Assembly (NCBI GenBank): GCA_963702425.1
Contig: CAVPCQ010000017.1
Coordinates: 64,001-128,000 of the forward strand
Direction of reading: 5' to 3'
DNA length: 64,000 nucleotides
Source of the DNA: an uncultured Acidobacteriota bacterium
GTDB taxonomy: Bacteria > Acidobacteriota > Polarisedimenticolia > J045
Shown here: piece by piece, positions 61,096 through 64,000 of the stretch
Layout of the letters: every line of letters starts with the position of its first letter
Numbering within the stretch: the stretch's first letter is position 1
The notes under the pieces: model-generated
Database searches by the model: none
Seen by the model: only the letters and a program-made list of their open reading frames with translations
What the model was told of the DNA's origin: nothing
Program-made: the position numbers and the translations under genes

Positions 61096-62498
61096 GCCGT
61101 GCCGGTCTGTGTTGGTGCTGGTGTTGACTCCGCCTCTTTGAGTTTGGTGGGTGGCGGTTCCGGGCCGTCTCGTGCTACTGCCGAGGAGTTCAGGTCGTTC
61201 CGCCGCGTCGCTCTCGAGGGGGCAGCCTGGCGGGCCCACGTCGCCGTGGTCGCTGCGACGGCGATGGCCGTCCCGGCGACCAGGGTGCAGGCGAGCTGCT
61301 TCATGCCGAGATCGCCATAGCACTGGGCACCGAACGCCGGGAGCACCGCGACCGCCGCCATGGCGGCGGCTCGCTCCGGGGGCCGCCTGGCCCCCACGTA
61401 GCCACGGGTCCCGAGGAATGCTGCGACCGGCACGACGATCCACATCCCGAAGAGACCGACCAGGCCGCCGAAAGCGATCATTCCGATGAACGAGTTGTGA
61501 GGCATGTAAAGATACTGCCACCAATCAGGGCCGAAGTTCGCGAAGACACTCGTCGTCTTCTGGTAGGGCAGACCCCAGCCCTGGCCAAGGACCGGGTTCG
61601 ACTCAGCGAGAGTGAAGAGCAGGTTGCGTACCTCCTCGAGCCGGGCGAGTGACGAGTTGTCCGCGTCGGAGCCCGCGCTCGAGAAGGCACGGAGGGGCTC
61701 GAACACCGCTTCCGTCCGCCCCCATCCCACCGCGGCGTAGAGGAGAAACAGCGGTGCCAGCGCCATCAACGCTAGGTGGATCCTCGCACGCTGCCGCCCT
61801 CTCGGCAGCTGAGCGTAGATGAAAACCATACCGAGGACGAGATTCACCCACGCGAGACGGCGACCGTTGAGGGTGATCGCCCAGAGCAGGTAGGCCGAGC
61901 CCATGCCCGCCCACAACCAGGACAGCCACCTGCGCCGGGCGAGTGCCCAGCTCAGGAAGATCAGGATTCCGGCCGCGAAGAGGAGTGAATCCTCGTGGGT
62001 CGTCATGTAAGTGGGGGGCGGGACGATCTTCCCCTTCACATGGTAGAAGTAGAAGTACAGCACGAGTGTCGCCCGCACGACGCCAGCCGCGAGAACGGTG
62101 GCCCCGACCGCAATCAGGTCGCGCTTGTTGCGCATCGCGCCCGAGAGAAGGGCGGCCAGCAGCAGCGCGGTGAGGAACGCTCTGAGCTGGAAGTAGGCCT
62201 GGTAGCCGCTCCCCCCGTGGGCCAATCCCCACGCCAGGCCCAAGGCGATGCTGGCCAGGCTCACCACGATCGCCCCGTCCAACACTGAGGACCTCCGGCG
62301 CATCGCGCCGGGCCAGAAGAGGCAGAATGGAGCCAGGGCGATCAGCGTGAGTTGCCATGGAGACAGGTTGATGCCCGGGAGGGACGTGACGATCGGATCG
62401 AGAACGGCGAAGATGCTCTTCCAGTGGCCTTCGTAGACCAGGCTCTGGCTCTCCTCCGTCCACGCCACGAATAGAAGCACGCACAGCACTCGACACAT
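61092..62498 (-). CDS. O-antigen ligase/polymerase (Wzy-like) membrane protein
   Basis: Multi-TM, NGRRLAW, LGQGWG, PHNSFIG. Confidence 0.8.
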   Translation of the reverse strand: MCRVLCVLLFVAWTEESQSLVYEGHWKSIFAVLDPIVTSLPGINLSPWQLTLIALAPFCLFWPGAMRRRSSVLDGAIVVSLASIALGLAWGLAHGGSGYQAYFQLRAFLTALLLAALLSGAMRNKRDLIAVGATVLAAGVVRATLVLYFYFYHVKGKIVPPPTYMTTHEDSLLFAAGILIFLSWALARRRWLSWLWAGMGSAYLLWAITLNGRRLAWVNLVLGMVFIYAQLPRGRQRARIHLALMALAPLFLLYAAVGWGRTEAVFEPLRAFSSAGSDADNSSLARLEEVRNLLFTLAESNPVLGQGWGLPYQKTTSVFANFGPDWWQYLYMPHNSFIGMIAFGGLVGLFGMWIVVPVAAFLGTRGYVGARRPPERAAAMAAVAVLPAFGAQCYGDLGMKQLACTLVAGTAIAVAATTATWARQAAPSRATRRNDLNSSAVARDGPEPPPTKLKEAESTPAPTQTGTA

Positions 62499-62510
62499 CA
62501 GGCGGGAGCC

Positions 62511-62687
62511 TCAGACCCAGCGGTAACGAAGGCAGTAGAGGATGAGCAGGTAGGCCACGTCGAAGATCAGGACCCACAGGAGAAGGCGCAGGAGGGCCGG
62601 ACGCAGCCGGCGCTTCCTGCCCGCGAGGATGCCGATCAGGACTGGCACATAAATGACCATGAGGAGGAGGGTCTTTCCGCCGCTCAT
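62511..62687 (-). CDS. Small two-TM membrane protein
   Basis: 58 aa, hydrophobic-basic-hydrophobic pattern, in operon. Confidence 0.55.
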   Translation of the reverse strand: MSGGKTLLLMVIYVPVLIGILAGRKRRLRPALLRLLLWVLIFDVAYLLILYCLRYRWV

Positions 62688-62800
62688 TGGACCAGTATAC
62701 GAGAAGAAGGGGGACTCCTCTCCCCCGACCTGCGGGCCCGCTGCCTCGTCCATGCCTACGTGCTCGAGCCGCAGGTCGGGCAGCTCGGTCCGCGCACGGC

Positions 62801-63748
62801 TCACGGCTTGCGCCCCGAGCGGCGGGCTTGCCACAGCGCAGCCTGTTCTTCGTTCACCCGTCGCGTGGCGTCGCGCTTGCCGTACCGGAGGCACATGAGC
62901 TGATAGCGGCGCAGGAAAGGGCGAAACCCGGGCAGATCGTAACGGGGCACACCGCGCGCCCAGCTCGAGAAATAGCTCCACAACATGGCCGCGCTCCCTA
63001 CGAGGACGGGGTGCCTCGGAACGCGGTACAGAGCACTCACAACGAAGTACAGCGGAGAGGTGCCCATGAAGTACTGGCCGTACCCGGTGCGCAGCCTCCC
63101 GGCCCAGATCCCATTCTGGCTCGAGCCCATGGGGCGCAGGTGGACGAAGCGGAGGGAGTCGTCGTCAACGCTCTCCGCGATCCAGCCCAGCATGCGACAG
63201 CAGTGGCAGTCGATTCCGTCCCACATGATCGTTCTCTCGAAGCCCCCGATCTCGCTGAAGCAGGCGGCGCGGTAGAACTTCGACGCGCCGACTGACATCT
63301 CGTCACCACACACCTCCGGTACGAGTCGGCCGGTGGAGGGGTGCACGAAGTAGGGTTTTCCGGACGTCGTTCCGATCCGTGGGTTCGACTCCATCCGTTG
63401 CATGAGCCCTTCGAAATAGCGGGGCGGGAGCTCGAGGTCGAGATCCAGCTTGCACAGGTAGTCGAAGGCCCCGGTGTCGACGACCCCCAGCCCCGTGCGA
63501 AAGGCCTCGATGACGCCGGGGCCCACGGCGCGACCGCCCCTGTCGGAGCGTCGGACGACCTGGAGGTACGGTAGCCGTCTTTCGTACTCGCCGAGAATCG
63601 CTGGCGTCGCATCGGTCGAGCCGTCGTCAACGATCACCCAGAGAGCAGGGGGAATCGACTGGGCGACGACGCTATCCAGGGTGCGGCGCATGAAGCTCGC
63701 TTCGTCGCGGCAGGGGGAGATCAGTGCGTATCTGCGCTCACTTGCCAT
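62801..63748 (-). CDS. GT2 glycosyltransferase
   Basis: LISPCRDE, VIVDDGSTD, KLDLD, WDGID. Confidence 0.92.
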   Translation of the reverse strand: MASERRYALISPCRDEASFMRRTLDSVVAQSIPPALWVIVDDGSTDATPAILGEYERRLPYLQVVRRSDRGGRAVGPGVIEAFRTGLGVVDTGAFDYLCKLDLDLELPPRYFEGLMQRMESNPRIGTTSGKPYFVHPSTGRLVPEVCGDEMSVGASKFYRAACFSEIGGFERTIMWDGIDCHCCRMLGWIAESVDDDSLRFVHLRPMGSSQNGIWAGRLRTGYGQYFMGTSPLYFVVSALYRVPRHPVLVGSAAMLWSYFSSWARGVPRYDLPGFRPFLRRYQLMCLRYGKRDATRRVNEEQAALWQARRSGRKP

Positions 63749-64000
63749 AGGGGAGTATCGCGTACGGTTTCAGGATCTTCAACATGGGGCTCCTGTCAGC
63801 AATCCAAGCCCGCCGGGCGTGCTGTCCGAGAGCCCTTGACCACCGTGACGACGTTCATTGAATCCCAGGAGTGGAGGAACTACGTTTTCGGGGGCACCGT
63901 AGCCCGACGAATGAAGAGCCACGCCCGGCCTGTCACGGCCCGCGATCTAGGCAGCCGTGAGACCCCGGAAGGAGTAACCGCATGTGGGCCCGCCGCGCCG

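Overview
This is a GC-rich (roughly 70% by eye) bacterial accessory region; the secreted-protein style is suggestive of Acidobacteriota, but that is inference. Bases 1-47.7 kb are a nest of mobile elements and cargo genes, and 45.9-64 kb is a partly decayed exopolysaccharide/O-antigen locus. The main signal is a ~3.4-kb large-serine-recombinase (LSR) element, present as one intact, one IS21-interrupted and one truncated copy. Each copy sits at the same TT dinucleotide (codon junction RRV|F) of a different IS91/ISCR-type rolling-circle transposase gene. Joining the element's ends rebuilds a symmetric attP (GGGTGCAGT-N11-TCC-TT-GGA-N11-ACTGCACCC). It also places an ATG that overlaps the recombinase stop codon in frame with the left-end DUF5372-like gene, so that gene is complete and translationally coupled only in the excised circle. 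A second, different LSR element at the window start hits the same transposase 24 bp further on and has an ATG at the same offset. About eight co-oriented ISCR oriIS-like ends with variable 5' extents punctuate the region. Other items of note are a shared ~110-aa C-terminal domain on two unrelated secreted proteins, a REC-kinase plus REC-NDT/TIR-like gene pair, IS21s, rve transposase debris and a truncated group II intron. Family names come from motif recognition, not database searches.
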